A stretch of DNA of 64,000 nucleotides from Podarcis gaigeae. Taxonomy: Eukaryota. This document shows, piece after piece, positions 13,301 through 26,918 of the stretch. Below the pieces are notes generated by a model. That model was given only the letters and a program-made list of their open reading frames with translations. It was not told the origin of the DNA and searched no databases. The first letter of the stretch is position 1, and every line of letters starts with the position of its first letter. The DNA lies in assembly GCA_964106915.2 (NCBI GenBank), contig OZ066914.1; one strand, written 5' to 3'. The position numbers and the translations under genes are program-made.

Positions 13301-14384
13301 TGCACACTTCTATACACTCAGAATGCCCTGAACACAATTATTCTTATTTAGCATTCGTCCAGCTTCTGACTTCGCTCGCACGCTGAATCTTCCCCTTCAC
13401 AACTGTCGCCTGATAATCAAGCCAGTGCTGTATTAATAAGCTGTATAATAAGGGAATTTCAGAAATGTACAGGACTATTATACCGTAACAATAAAACCTC
13501 AAACTGAGTAAACCAGAGCGGCGTTGAAGGTAGGCGTTTGGAAAAGAATGAAACCAGTGTTACAGTAATGCCCTCCATTGTATGCCAGTGTAAATGCCTG
13601 CTTCTTTCATACACAGAAGCCACATTACATGAGTCCGAAATGTTCTCAGAGCATCACTGTGACTGGTTGTGATAGAACCTGGCACGGGCAAGCACTGAAA
13701 GCTGACATTATACTGTAGGATGTGCTGCAGGTGTGCGGGCCTGCGAACGTGCTCTAATTACATATTTTCCTGCAGAGCAACAATTAAGGTCGCCAAAATA
13801 ATTGCCAGTTTCTTAATCCCTCTCTAACAAGACTGACATAAGGAACGGTTTATTTTTCTCTGGTTATTTGGAAAGCATTCCTCAAGATTTTGGTTCTTCC
13901 ATCACGCTTCATCAAAACCTAATTCTTAGGTTCCAGTGTGTGATTATACCCATTGTTGTTGTTTTTCCTCCCTCTTAAAGCCTCTGTGAATTCGATTGTA
14001 ACTAAAATTGTGCAGAAAAATGGGCAGTGCTTCACACAGCACACTGTTCTAACATTTCATCTGGTTTAAAAAGGGGGGGGGTGCATATTTGCCTCTTGTA
14101 GGTTAGAGAATCTGATCCACACTTCAAACAACCTTATTACAACTTAGAAAGATTTTTTTTTGGATCTGGCATTTAGCACATCGAATATTCAAGAATGCCC
14201 AGGACCTGGCCTGAACCTCTCTGTTTCAAACAAATTTTGTCAAGACTGTTAGCCATATTCCTTGCAACTATTAAGTTTTCTCTGTGCGGTGGCTGTTTAT
14301 TTCTTTAAGTTCCTGATAACAAAAAGAAGAAAAAACATCTGAGGCAAAAAAAAAGCATGTGCTCAGTTGCTTATAGTTTCAAAC

Positions 14385-14850
14385 TGCATTGGGTTACTAT
14401 ATATTACAGGGCCGGATTTAATGTTTTGAAACTAGTATTTAAAGCACACAAAGGCTCAGGATTGAAATACATGAAAGAGTGCTTTTTCCAATATGTACAG
14501 GCCTGTGCCTTGTTGGGGTCCTACCTTTTGCTACAGGTATGTTTTGCAATTACTTAGGACAGGGCTTTCTCTGCAGTGGCTCCCTGACTGTGGAACTGCC
14601 TCCCTTTGGCAGTTCAATCATCCCCATCATTGGCAATCTTTCAGCATCAGCTGGAGGCACTTTTACTCAGTCAGTCTGAGTATTAATGGGGGCCATGTCA
14701 GACATCAGAATGCTACAGAATTATTAAGCTGTTTATTGTACATAATGTTTTGATTCTGATTTTACAATTTTTTTGCTGTAGCTTATGGATTCTTTATTAT
14801 GATCTGTTTGGACAAAGGATAGCATAGAAATAAAAATAATAAATAAAAAT
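14385..14850 (+). mobile_element. L2 LINE 3' fragment (decayed ORF2 end, 3' UTR and A-rich tail)
   Basis: Translation LHWV..YYRAGFNVLKLVFKAHKGSGLKYMKE; agggctttctctgcagtggctccctgactgtggaactgcctccc encodes an RAFS.VAP.LWN.LP-like motif; ends in an aaataaaaataataaataaa tail. Confidence 0.75.
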
Positions 14851-15501
14851 GTTTGTGGTCCCCGAACTTCACACCCTGCTACAGATCACTTGAAAATGGC
14901 TGATGGTCTTGATCAGGGGTAGGCAACCTAAGGCCCGTGGGCCGGATGCGGCCCAATCACCTTCTCAATCCGACCCATGGACGGTCTGGGAATCAGTGTG
15001 TTTTTACATGAGTAGAATGTGTGCTTTTATTTAAAATGCATCTCTGGGTTATTTGTGGGGCATAGGTATTCATTCATCCCCCCCAAAAAATATAGCCCAG
15101 TCCACCACATGGTCTGAGGGATGGTGGATGGGCCCACGGCTGAAAAATGTTGCTGACCCCTGGTCTTGATGGACCACTTATTGTTTTTTTCTGCCTGTTG
15201 TAATGTGGTGTGCTAGATTCTGTATTATTTTTAATTGGTTTTTATTGCTTCTTTTATTTCTTACATTGCATTTTATAGCGTTGCCGTTTGAATTCCAACA
15301 TAAAATGCAACAATAAATAATAAGGGGCAATATGAGAAATGAAAGAAGCAATAAAAACACAATTAAAAATCAATACGAATACTTAACATGCTGCACCCAC
15401 CGTTCCCCGCCTCTGCTCCCCCTTTACAAACACCCCTCAGGCCACCTGAATGAAGTTCACAGACCACTGGTGGTCCACAGTCCACAGTTTGGTAACCCCT
15501 T
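14850..15501. mobile_element. Older degenerate hAT-type non-autonomous element hosting a younger insertion
   Basis: Right end agaccactggtggtccacagtccacagtttggtaacccct is a typical hAT MITE terminus. The left end is eroded and the element is split by the insertion at 14914-15162. Confidence 0.5.
14914..15162. mobile_element. hAT MITE with perfect 8-bp TSD
   Basis: TIRs CAGGGGTAGGCAAC...GTTGCTGACCCCTG; identical TSD GTCTTGAT at 14906-14913 and 15163-15170; GGCCC-rich subterminal motifs typical of hAT/Charlie-like elements. Confidence 0.92.
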
Positions 15502-15609
15502 CTCTATAAGGTCGCTGTGGCATCTGTTAAATTTGAAGTAAGTGGTAACTCAAACACAGATTCACTACTGATGCTAATGGATGCAGACACGTATACCAAC
15601 TGAGCCTAA

Positions 15610-15861
15610 GAGCTTGTCCATCCTCCCATTTGTGCCGTGCCTAGCAAGCATGGTTAGAGCCATGTTGTGCTGGACCCATACTTTCTAAGCATGGGCCTGA
15701 GTGGTTTTCCCCTTGCCCCGCTCCTTTATAAGGCAAGACCTACTCTTCAGCGATAGATCAGAACAAATGTCAATCTGGGGGAACCCCGAGTTGCCATTTG
15801 CTCCGATTGAGCACTAAAGAGCATTTTCCCCAGGGAAACAAGAGGGAGTGTGGATAAGCCC
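15610..15861. mobile_element. PIF/Harbinger-type MITE
   Basis: TIRs GAGCTTGTCCATCCTCCC...GGGAGTGTGGATAAGCCC flanked on both sides by TAA, the 3-bp TSD typical of PIF/Harbinger. Confidence 0.75.
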
Positions 15862-15998
15862 TAAAAGAGGCTCTTGGTGCTGGCACCGGCTCTCATACTG
15901 TCATTTAGTAAAGCAGTCAGAAAAAGTTATATGAATCAGGCCAACTTCACCCACATCAAATTGCCTCTCAGAAAAGGTGAGCTTGTAAGTGTACTGAC

Positions 15999-16161
15999 CA
16001 GTGGCGTAACGTAGGGGTGCAGGGGGGCTGCCCGCACCGGGCGCAACATCTGGGGGGGGCACTTGCACTCGCAGCTCTCTGCCCCCTGCTAAAATCCATG
16101 GGTTAGGGGGCACAAATTACTTGCCTTGCCCCGGGTGCTGACAACCCACGCTACGCCACTG
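15999..16161. mobile_element. hAT (Tip100-like) MITE with perfect 8-bp TSD
   Basis: TIRs CAGTGGCGTAACGT...ACGCTACGCCACTG; identical TSD GTACTGAC at 15991-15998 and 16162-16169. Confidence 0.92.
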
Positions 16162-17030
16162 GTACTGACTCCTGAAGATGAGACTGTGTGACTCCAAAGC
16201 CCATTGGAAGCTAGAAACAGTCTTTGCATTAGGTCTTTGACAACATAGCTCAAGATCTGGAACATCGTTGCGTTTCTTTATGTCAGGTCTTATTGGGCTA
16301 CTTCCCACACTAATTACTTTCCCTCAGAGATGCTTAAAGTGTGCAACTGAAAATGTAGAGTGCGAATGTGGCAAACACATGTTTGCAAATATGTGAATCA
16401 CACACACATACTCATTCAGGAATCCTGACTGGCTGTGTCTCCCTTTTGAGTTATGCTCTGTGGAACATGCCTTTATCAGAATGAACTGCATCTGTTCCAA
16501 GCATACAACCAGGTGATGGAGGTGAGACTAAGCTGAGGTGATCTGTGTCAACTTCTGCCCAGAAATTCAGGTTCACAGCACCGTCACTTCCTCTTCGGGT
16601 CAAATCAGTCAACCGTTTTTTAAAAGTCTTATTTTCAAATCTACTTGCCTTTTTTTTTTTTTTTTTTGGACCCTTGGTTGAATTTGCACAAGTTGACTGA
16701 ACACACGCACAGAGATTTGCAGAGCAAATTAAATCTCTTGTTCGGATTCCTGATCAGAGAAGCTCTCATTAGAATTTCTTCAAATTAAACAGTGTACAAG
16801 TAAGAATGCGATGCGTTCTAAACAAAGGCCCTTCTGAGGAACTGGAGGAAACAAGTACAGTACTGAAATGGAGCCATTATTTGCCATGAATCTCACCACC
16901 CCACCCATTAACCCATAATGACAAAAAAACCAAGGCCCTAAAGGGATAATTTGAGCTAGCTTTTAGATGAAGGGCAAGGAAGATGACGAAGGACTGTGGA
17001 TGGGGGTGGGGAGAGAATGTCACATTTATA

Positions 17031-17195
17031 GCGCAATCTTATGCACATCTACTCAGATGTACATAACACTGAGTTCAATGAGGCTTATGCCCAAGTAAGT
17101 GTGACTGCCAATATGGGTCCCTCCAGATGTTGGACTCCCATCAGCTCAGGAGATGATAGTGGAATGGTAGTCACCAATGTATATGATTGTAGGCC
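17031..17195. mobile_element. ~90-bp palindromic repeat interrupted by a decayed hAT MITE
   Basis: gcaatcttatgcacatctactcaga...tgagttcaatgaggcttatgcccaagtaagtgtg, then ccctccagatgttggactcccatcagc (same family as 60462-60582), then tgtatatgattgtagg. Confidence 0.55.
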
Positions 17196-20100
17196 CATTT
17201 CCTTAATCTAGTACTAGAACAATTGACAAGCTCCCAGATAGGCTGCTGTGTCACCAGTAGGAGGAATAGTTCTGTGAGTATCTAAAATAATTGGAGGACT
17301 TCCTAGGTGTTGCAGTCTATAGACCAAAATCTTTAACCTGAGTTGGCATGCAATTTTGATTGCTCATGGAAAAGAGATCTGTCATAACTGAATTGTAAAG
17401 CTTTTCTTTTCCAAAGAGAACCTGGTTCCGAACATAACAACTGAGCATGTATGAAGGCATGGGGACAGTTGACATGACTGAGACAAGGCACAGCAAAATC
17501 TTGCTTTATGCCAGAAGTAGATTTGCTTGATGTGCAAAATAATATTCAAATATCAGAACATATGAGCATTAAGCGAAAGAAGTCAAACTTGCTTGGGTAA
17601 TTGTTGGCAACTGGAAAACTTTGCTCTGAGCACATTGAAAACGAACTGTTACAGTCCAATTGCCAGTTTTAATCCCAGTGATTTAGACAGGCACTGCCCG
17701 TCAGCATTACATATTTAACAAGAAGTCGTGATTATAAACCTCTGCTTAGTAGTGCAGGTAAAAGTCCGCTTTTGGAATACATGCTTCACCCACAAAGCCA
17801 TCAAACGAGCTCCTTTGACTCATAGCACATATTGACAATTTTTCTACTCTATTTACTCTTCCTCACCTATATGCCACCCTTCATTTTCACCTGTATGTTC
17901 ACCCTTTTCCCAGAGCTACGCAGAGCTGCTAGTCGTCTGCTTTCTTCCTTTAGCTTTCTGCTTCATGTGAAGAATCAACAGAGATGAACATTTTCTAGCC
18001 ATTCCAAAAAAAATATCAAAAAGTTCTTTGATTTTTTTGCCGTTCCACCCCTGGCATCTGACAACATTAATAGAAATCTTGGGGGTTAGAAACAAAAAGA
18101 ACATAGCACATCATTTGCCTTTTAAAAATAAAATAAGATAGTTTGCTTGGGTAATATTTAAAAGTGCAAGGAAAGAGACTAATGAAGCTGTCTGGTAGCT
18201 GAAAGCAAGGATCTGCTTTAGTGTGTCCCCATCACATCTCTTCCCTTTCCCCTGCCCAAAGTTGAGTGTTTCAAATCAAGTTCCTAAAATGATGTAATCT
18301 AGCTTGACAAAAACTACTGAATCTTCTGAAGTGCTGAGCCCTCCAGTCTCATAGAAGTTAATAGGGAATTTGGCTTCTAAAGAGTTCAGATGTTCTGCCA
18401 TTTTTATTAGCTTGCCCCTAGGCATCAGTAAATTATGAAAAAACTAAGCCCAAATATATACCTTTAGTCTTCTCACATTTGTGTGGGGTATGGAACTATA
18501 ATGCAATATTGGGATGCGCACATTTTTTTTAACAGTGGAGGGTTAAAAATTGTGTTGGATAAGTGCTTTCATTAAAGCTAATAAGCAGCATTTATCTCTC
18601 TGCATTAAAATGGTGGATTAAAAATCATTCATCTATCAGATCCTCCCATGAAATACACAGAAAGTTTTAAAGGAATTTTAAAAAAACAGTTATTGATTAA
18701 AACCCATGCTCAGAGATGAAAAATATTAAGAAAATTAGTGACTGCAAATCCAATATAGAAAATATGGAGGATTTTTTTGGGGGGTGGGGAATCACATGAG
18801 AATGATCCAGCCAGCATAACTCTGCAGATGATCAAAGCCAATCTTGAGTACAATTATTTTTTTTTATCAGTTCACCTNNNNNNNNNNNNNNNNNNNNNNN
18901 NNNNNNNNNNNNNNNNNNNNNNNNNNNNNNNNNNNNNNNNNNNNNNNNNNNNNNNNNNNNNNNNNNNNNNNNNNNNNNNNNNNNNNNNNNNNNNNNNNNN
19001 NNNNNNNNNNNNNNNNNNNNNNNNNNNNNNNNNNNNNNNNNNNNNNNNNNNNNNNNNNNNNNNNNNNNNNNNNNNNNNNNNNNNNNNNNNNNNNNNNNNN
19101 NNNNNNNNNNNNNNTCTTTGTATGCCGAATGTAGGTCACTATCTGGAAGCCATAAGTTGCTTTTTGTTAAATAATCCATTTAAGCTGCTTTCCTTGCCTA
19201 CAGCCTGGGTTGTGTCTCTTCAGTGGGTTTTGGGAGGTGGAGATATTCTAGCCTTGATTCACAAAGCTCCTAGGAAGCAAACACACTGGTATTTTTTATT
19301 TTAAGATGCTCTTCTTTCTTAGTTTTGGATTTTTACACTTAGTTCTGAAAAGTAACTCCCATTGTTGCTGGAGTCCCCCTTTCCAGTGCAAGGAAACTGC
19401 TGCAGATCAGCTTGTGCTCCTGAGAATTCCTTCATGTCTTAATGGAAGGTAAGCTTAGGAAACATGCCAGCAGGCACAATATCAGTGATCAATGTGCTTT
19501 AGGATAGCCAATTTCTAACATGCAGGTTTTGGCACTTGTATTGGGTTTCTAAATTATCTCAGCGTAGGGTCAGTGAGATGTGGGAACAAACCTTTTTACA
19601 AGAGCACAGTTGAAACCTAAAGTCCAGGGGTATGCAGGGCACATGACTTTGCAGGAAAGAGGATTTGCATACCTGGCAAAGCTACGAAAATATTCCAAAT
19701 ACTTTTTTGTTTTGTTTTTTAAGTGTGATGTGTCTGAAACCTATTAGTAAGCAAAGGGTTAACTAGTTAAACTTCTACAGCACCCCCCCCCCCAGTAAAC
19801 TCTCTCCAATAGCAGACAATAAGTAAAAGAAGTGCTGGTTATCCATTTTTAAAGGGATGGGGTTGGGTTTTTTAAAAGAAGAAGAAGAAAAGGGAAAGAG
19901 GATCAAACACCTCAGGCCAACAAAAGGTTGTGTCAGAGGACCTTCAATCACAAACCTCCTTCAACAAGAGATCTCCTAACCTTCCAGAGCAGTAACCCAG
20001 GCAGCGCAGCTAAAAAGTCCCCTGACATAAAAAAAAGAACAAAAGCCCCAGAACAGAGGTATTTATTGTTATGCACACTCCTCTTTTTTATTTATTTTTT

Positions 20101-23100
20101 ATTCAGGCTTCTTCCCCCACCCCAGAGAGGGGGAAAAAAACTTTCTTTGCATAAGCTATTGGTGTGGGAAGTAATAGTGTTGAAAAGAAAAGCTTCCTTC
20201 TCACATTGCGAACCTCCTAGGTTGTGCGGATTGTGTACAAGGAACACCTGAAGAACGATGAGGCGAAGTTCAAAAAAGAAGTTCGAATCTATTTCGGGGG
20301 GTGGGGGGTGGGGAGACAGCAAACGCAGAAGGATGAAAACAGTAAATGTATCTTGAACACACATTTTTATCCCCACTCTACTTTTTTTTCCCTTTTGAAA
20401 ATGAGCCGAGTTGTCTGTGCACAAAGAATGTAAATTATTTGCCTTTACAGTGTCAGGTCTTGGAGGTATCTTAACAGCATGGAAGAATTTTCCACTTAAA
20501 TGTAAATTATTAACAAGTTGGAATTTTCATTTGTTTTATCTCCTGATGTGCAATCTAAATAAATAAATGGCACCGTTTACAGGATTCGCCACCCACTTTC
20601 CCTGCACTTGGAGGGACATATTTTATAAACAAGCTTCCTTGGCTTAAATAGGGGTGGCACATCAGATCATTCATTCCTGCATCACTTATCTTTGTCTCTG
20701 CACGTCTGAGGGTACCCTCCCTTCCCCTTTCACTAAAACAAATTTACCTCCGGTACTTCATCAAATTTTGCTATGTAATATCGCTAAATAAACATCACAG
20801 TGGTTTATTCATAAAATATTCATCTTTCAAAATGTTCCATCCCATCTTCCCCTCCTGGGTTTACCTATGTTTACAAATATGTAAGCCTTGTTAATGTGCC
20901 TTGGCTGGGGAATCATGAGAAGTGACCCTCCTTCAGGCAGAAGCCTGCGATGGAAGGAGTGTATTATTTCAGCTGGGGAGAACAGCAAAGCTCCGGGATG
21001 ATACTGATTGATTAAGACCAGATGGATAGCCACACATAGGTGTGACGAAAATAGAAACATATTGCAAACATCCCAAGTATTGAGGTTGGGGAGGTGTGCG
21101 GATCCTGCCCTACCTTATCTGCCTCCTGACAGGTTCTAGAATTTAAGAATGTTAATGGCCACACTAACTCGCATTCGCCTGTAGTTTGGTGACACTAACC
21201 GCAATGAATCAGGCACGAAGTTATGTTTCAAAAATAAATCCCGGTCCCCTCCCCAATCCACACACACTCCTCATCAAAAAATGACAGCTGGTGTACTACT
21301 AGGGGTGGGGGGGGGAGGAGAGAAGGAGACATACTCTTATTTGTCCTCAAATTAATTCACCGGGGCTGATTCCACCCATTTAAATTTATATGTGCATAAC
21401 CTCCCCCCCCCCCCCGCCATGCCAGAGAAAACTTTTTACCAACAGCCAGAGCCCACATCCTCACCCTGAAATTAAACTTTCTGAAACCACAGAATGGAAT
21501 AAGTGGAGAATTAGTGACCTCTGGTTTAGAAAAGAATGTTTCATTGATACCGTCTTGGCTTTTATGTTTATTGGCCATAAATTGACTGACTCTCTCTCTC
21601 TCTGTAAGGCTTTGGTTGCTCTTCACAGAAAATAAAAGCTAATGGGCTGAATCCTGCTCACCTTACTCAGAAACACAGTGAATGGAACATGGCCGGGGGG
21701 GGGGACGGGGCGGGAGGAAGCTGCTCGCTATCTCCGCCAATTCATTGATGAAAATGCTAGTATGTTTGATGAGGATGTTGACCTATTAGTATCTAGTGCT
21801 CCTCCATGGCTTGGGTTACAACTTGCCACAATATTATTTGTGGGGGTTGGGAGTGGGGAGCTGGAATCTCACGTGAACCAAAGGTACCAAAACAAAACTC
21901 ACATTATTTGAATTGGGGTTAAAATTTGAAGTGAAATGGAACTTGTGGAACTGCATTTGTGCCAAGCAATAGTACAAATTGGCTACTGGGCCGAGTTTCA
22001 ATTGTTTACTCCTTCTTTCACAAATTTATTTTGATAGTGTGTGATGCGGTGCTTTGAAATTATTGCCCTGGGGCAAGGTATGGTGGTGCTGGTAATGACA
22101 ATTTACAAATGTTCCAGTTGTACTGTTTACAAAAATTAAAGGATAATTTTAAAGTACACAAAACACAGCCCTGCATATTTATTACTCTTCTCAAGTTCTA
22201 CAGAATTATTGGGCATTAGCTAGTGACAACTGGCTTTAGGAAGGGAGGGGTAGGAGGAAATCTTTGGAAGAAACAAGACTCCTAGTTTTTCTCTTTCCCC
22301 CCCTAAAACTTATGTTCTTCTCAGCAGGAAGCCTTAGTTCATGGTCTCCCTCACAGAGGCCTGAACCTATTACGTACATGCTATAAACATCCTCAGGTTT
22401 CACAGACAAACATTTGTCCATAAAATCTTGACTGGCATTTTCTGGAAGTAAAATACACACGTACACACACACACACGTGTGTGTGTGTATGTATGTGTGC
22501 ATTAGCTCTGAAGCAACCCCTGATAGGTTTCTTTATATGTTACAGATAGTTAACATGCTTTCTTCTTGTGTCTGCATGAAATCTAATCCTTCTAGCTGAG
22601 AATTTGCTTAATCACAAAGGCTACAAATCACTGACTCCAAAATTATTCCGCTGAAGTTCCACTGAGGCTTTTTGAATTAATTTGAAACTATTGAGGATGT
22701 GGGCTGAAACTCAGCAACCTGATTTAACAGTTCAGGTAAACTGAGTTTGGCTTCAGCTGATGTGCAGCTTGATCCTATGCCTACGTTCTCAGATGTAGAT
22801 CTCCCTGGGTTCCTACTGGGTTCAAAGGCACCTTTGACCCTCCCCTGCATGTTCCTGGAATGGCAGTCATACAACTTAATCTTGTGCAACTTTACTCAGC
22901 AGCGAAATTTACTGTTTTCGGTGAGATTTTACTCCCATGTAAGCATTTGTAGGACTGCAGGCTTTCCTGTAAATCGTTTAAACTGAAATATTTAGTCAAC
23001 TTCAGGAGAGGAGAAAGTGGTGGTACTGTAATGTTCAAAGACATCTATTCTAAAATACATTTACAACCGAACTGGCAAGTATGCCAACAAGAAAAACATG

Positions 23101-23714
23101 TGTTTTTTTTTTTTAAAAAAAGCAGGAGGAATGCTTGGCATAACGATATAAAAATATTTGTCCAGTTTCCAAGCTGAAGATGACTTTATTTTCTTTATTT
23201 TACAACCCAGGTGACCACAGTTGTAAAGGCTTTCCTTTCTCTCTCCCCCAGCTGAGAAATAAAACCGGCTCATTTAAGGAGGGATCATTATTGTCAGAAG
23301 GATCTTTTGGCTTCGAGACTGTTTTCCACAAAGCTGAATTTCACCTCCCCATAGAATCTTGGAAGTTAAATTGGGAGAATGTTGCCCAAGACAAAGAAGA
23401 AGGAAAAGGCTTGTTTGGAATAAAGAAAACTGAAGCATCGTTATTTACACAATGGCACTAAAATACACAGGGCATTACTTCTTGACTTTTCTCTACAGGA
23501 TCTACTTATTTATCTCCTGTGCATGTTAGGTTTTATACAAGAAATGTGTGTGTGTTTTTTAATTTATCAGTTGAAACATGCAAGTGAGATAGCAGCTTCA
23601 TCTCATTTTATCTGTACTTGAAGGCCTCAGTATCAAGTTTTAAAAGAAGCCTGCACATTTTCGTCTCTGTGTGTGTGTGTGTGTGCTGCTTTCTCAATCA
23701 CATTATACACATAC

Positions 23715-23802
23715 CCTGAACCTAAGCATGTGCTCTCAGAAGTGAGTTCCACCAGTTTCAATGGGATGTGTTGCCAAGTAAGTCTGCACAGAATTGCAGC
23801 CT
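23715..23802. repeat. ~90-bp palindromic dispersed repeat (possibly a PIF/Harbinger-derived MITE)
   Basis: Fits the apparent consensus aatcctatgcatgtttactcagaagtaagtcccactgaattcaatgggacttactcccaggtaagtgtgcataggattgcagcc. Other copies at ~17031, 22880, 36345, 41350, 43170, 47922-48185, 55651, 56110, 60215 and 60375. Confidence 0.65.
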
Positions 23803-25439
23803 GTGGATTCTCCCCCAACCTCTGTTCCCTCTGTCCATGATGACCAACATCCAAATGGATGCAAACCCCCAGGGCAAGGAGCTTATGTTGGCCCATGGAA
23901 TTATTTATTTATTTATTTTAAAGACCTATGTTTATCTTACAAACATATGGTCGCAAAAAAGGATCACAAAATACATGACATGAGCAACCATCTGTTGTAA
24001 GAAAAATACTGATTGAGGATCAACCTGGATAAATGGTGGCAGGTGAGGTTGGGAGTAGCTCCACTAGCACTGTGGTCTACCAACACTCTTGAAAGCACAG
24101 CTTGTGAATGGCCAGAAATGTTCTGCCAGGTCTTCTAGTAAGGACAATGGGACTTCCTCCAACCTTGACGGCCACTCAGTGGTGGTGTAAGTCACATGCT
24201 TTCTCCCACCTTGCCTTGCACCCAGCTCTCTGTTCAGTTTCAAAAGTGGTTTGCCATCAGCCATGGGACAAGGGTGGAGAGAAAAACACAAATCTATTGG
24301 TGCTGCTTACTCCTGCCCATTATTATATAGAGAGTGGTCATACCAATCTGTTTTGATGTTGATTCTTGGATTAATAACTCAAGATTGTGAATGCTGTCAT
24401 GGATATTAATGGGCAGGTGCAAAAGCAGATGAACAGACGATAACCAAAAGTAAAAGTCCATCTCATGTGGACATAAAAAAATATATATAAACCTATGGCC
24501 AGGCATGGGCGGTACTAACCCCATGGATAAAATGAACTCTTTCTACTTCAAAACTGTAATTGTGAAGAGACTGGGTTATTGGAAACAAAAACTGTTTCTG
24601 ATGTTATTTTCCTAAATATGTCTTAGTGCGCATGTGTCTTAACATCCATATCTCACCTTAAAGGATTATGCATGCATCTTTGCCCAGCTAAGAGCTTTGA
24701 AGCATGCCTCTTTTCTGAAAGACAGACCAATATAGCCCTTCCTGTATTCTAGTCTGTGTACACCTGAAAAAAGGAATATAAGAAGCAACCTTAAATCTCA
24801 CTGATTTCGATATCACTTCCCTACATGTCAGATTTGCATTTTAGGGTACAAATAGTTCTGTCTCTCTTCACCCCAAACTCTTTGTTGTATGCACTAAGTC
24901 ATTCCTTCCCTTTGAAAGGCAAATGTAAAAGTCTAATAATGAAGGAGGGATATTAGGACAGTATTTGGGAGAAGGGACATTGTGAAGTTTCTGTACAAAC
25001 CAATCGTGGGAAGGTTTGCTCTTCTTCAGTGTGGTCTAAGCTTTCGTGTAGGGAATAAAAACAGGAAGTAGAGCCCCAAATAGTCGCCACTGCCCATTCA
25101 TGTAACTATCAGTAGCAAATCATATGAAAGGACTGACTTTCTGGATGCTCCCACCTTATAATATTTGTAGATACAAGGTAACAAGCAAATTCAGCAGCAA
25201 GGCAAGGAGGCCAGACAGACTATGCTCCTCTCACTTTTTAAAACCAACCAATCCCAAGCTTCAAAGCAATTAACTCAATAAACAACAATCACAGGAATAC
25301 AGGTAGGCTTCGAGGTGCTATTCACTATATTGCGTCTAAGATCACATGTAAAACTATCTGCCTGCATGACTATCCCTGGATGCAAACTTCTTGAGGTGGA
25401 CAGGGAATGGTGTAACTGCAAGCCAGTTAGGTTAACATC

Positions 25440-26850
25440 TGTTCTGGGAAAACATGATCAAGGATAGAATTGCCAAGTGTATAGAAGAAGAACAGGTCTT
25501 GCTGAAGAAGAACCAGCATGGTTTTTAAAGGGTAAGACCTGACTAACTGACCATTTAGCATTTTTTGAGAGCGTTAATAACCATATGGGTAGGAGTCACC
25601 TAGTAGACACTGTCTACATAGACTTTCAAATAGCCTTTGGTAAAGTCCCTCACTAAAGATTCCTTAGTAAGCATAGAAGTCATGGGATAAGAAGCCAGGT
25701 CCTCTTATGAATCAGTAACTCATTAAAGAACAGGAAACTTGGAGTCAGAAGAAATGAGCAGTGCTCACAATGGAGGGTGTAGGAAGTGAGATTTCTCAAG
25801 CATCAATACTAGGACTGTTGCTTTTTTATCTTGGTCATATGTGGCATGGAATTAGGGACGAGGAGTCTTTTCTTTGCTGATAATACTAAATTGTTCAGGG
25901 TGGGTAAGAACAAAAAGGGAAAGGCGCTCCCCAAACTATATGGATAAGTGGCACCTGAAATAGCAGAGAAATCTCGATGTGAATGCGAACCCAGTATGTG
26001 GCGATTGTGAAAAATGTGAATTTCATATTGGGGGTTATTAAGAAAGGGTTTCAAAATAAAGCTGCCAGTATCATTATGTATTTATACAAATCTATGGTGT
26101 TACTGTGCTTGGAATACTGTGTTCAGTTCTGGTCACTGCACCTCAGAATGGGCATTTTAGAGCAGAAAATGTTTCAGAAAAGGGTAATAAAAAAGGAACA
26201 ACTCTGTTATGAAGAAAGGTTGCAACACTGGATATTTAATGGCTTAAAAATAAATAAAGGATTATGTATGGTGGATAAAGAGATGTCTTTCTCCTGCTCT
26301 CATGATAGTAGAACCCAAAACCATCCCATGAAATTGAATGTTGAAATATTCAGGTCAGACAAAGGAAGTACTTCATCATTTAGTCATAATGAAACTATTC
26401 ATTACCACATGGCAGAGGTGGGTTTAGGGGAGAGCAACCAGTTCAGTCGCACTGTGGACAGAGCCTCAGGGGCACAGCAACTGTGATGTAGAACGGAAGG
26501 TGATAGGGGGAGAGATAGGTTGCATCGCACAGGGTGCCATTGAAATTGGAGACCCCAAGGTCCACCACTGCACATGATGTAGCAATGGTGACAAACTTGG
26601 TTTTAAAATAGATTTAGATGGTTTTGAAATTAATTTATGGCAGTTGAGGCTATCGAAGACTACCACTACCAGCCATGATGGCTGTGTACTTCCTTCAGCA
26701 GTGGAAGCAGTATGGCTCTAAATACCAGTTTGAAGGGAGAGTGCTGGGGCACTCATGTCCTGCTCAAGGGCTTCCCATGCGCATCTGGTTGAGCTCTGTG
26801 AAAACAGGATGCTGGATGAGGTGGGCCTTTGGCCTCCTCTTGTGTTCTTT
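25440..26850 (+). mobile_element. CR1 LINE, 5'-truncated, decayed reverse transcriptase and 3' UTR
   Basis: RT motifs with stops and frameshifts: NQHGF, GK..LT..L.FFE.V, VD.VY.DFQ.AF.KVPH, FADNTKL, YKSMV...LEYCVQFWS.HL (ORF 25983..26486). CR1 3' UTR follows (aaacaggatgctggatgaggtgggcctttggcc). Confidence 0.92.
26413..26570. mobile_element. hAT-type MITE nested in CR1
   Basis: Interrupts the CR1 sequence. Imperfect TIRs CAGAGGTGG...CCACCACTG; CACATG repeated on both flanks (degenerate TSD). Confidence 0.6.
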
Positions 26851-26915
26851 CTTTCCTCTCCTTCTCCTTCTCTCTTTCTCTTTCTTTTATGAGTAATCAG
26901 GCCATGAATCTCTCT

Positions 26916-26918
<3 letters not shown>

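Noticed and set aside
25983-26486. 167-aa ORF as a host gene
   Set aside because: It is a fragment of decayed CR1 ORF2, surrounded by frameshifts and stops.
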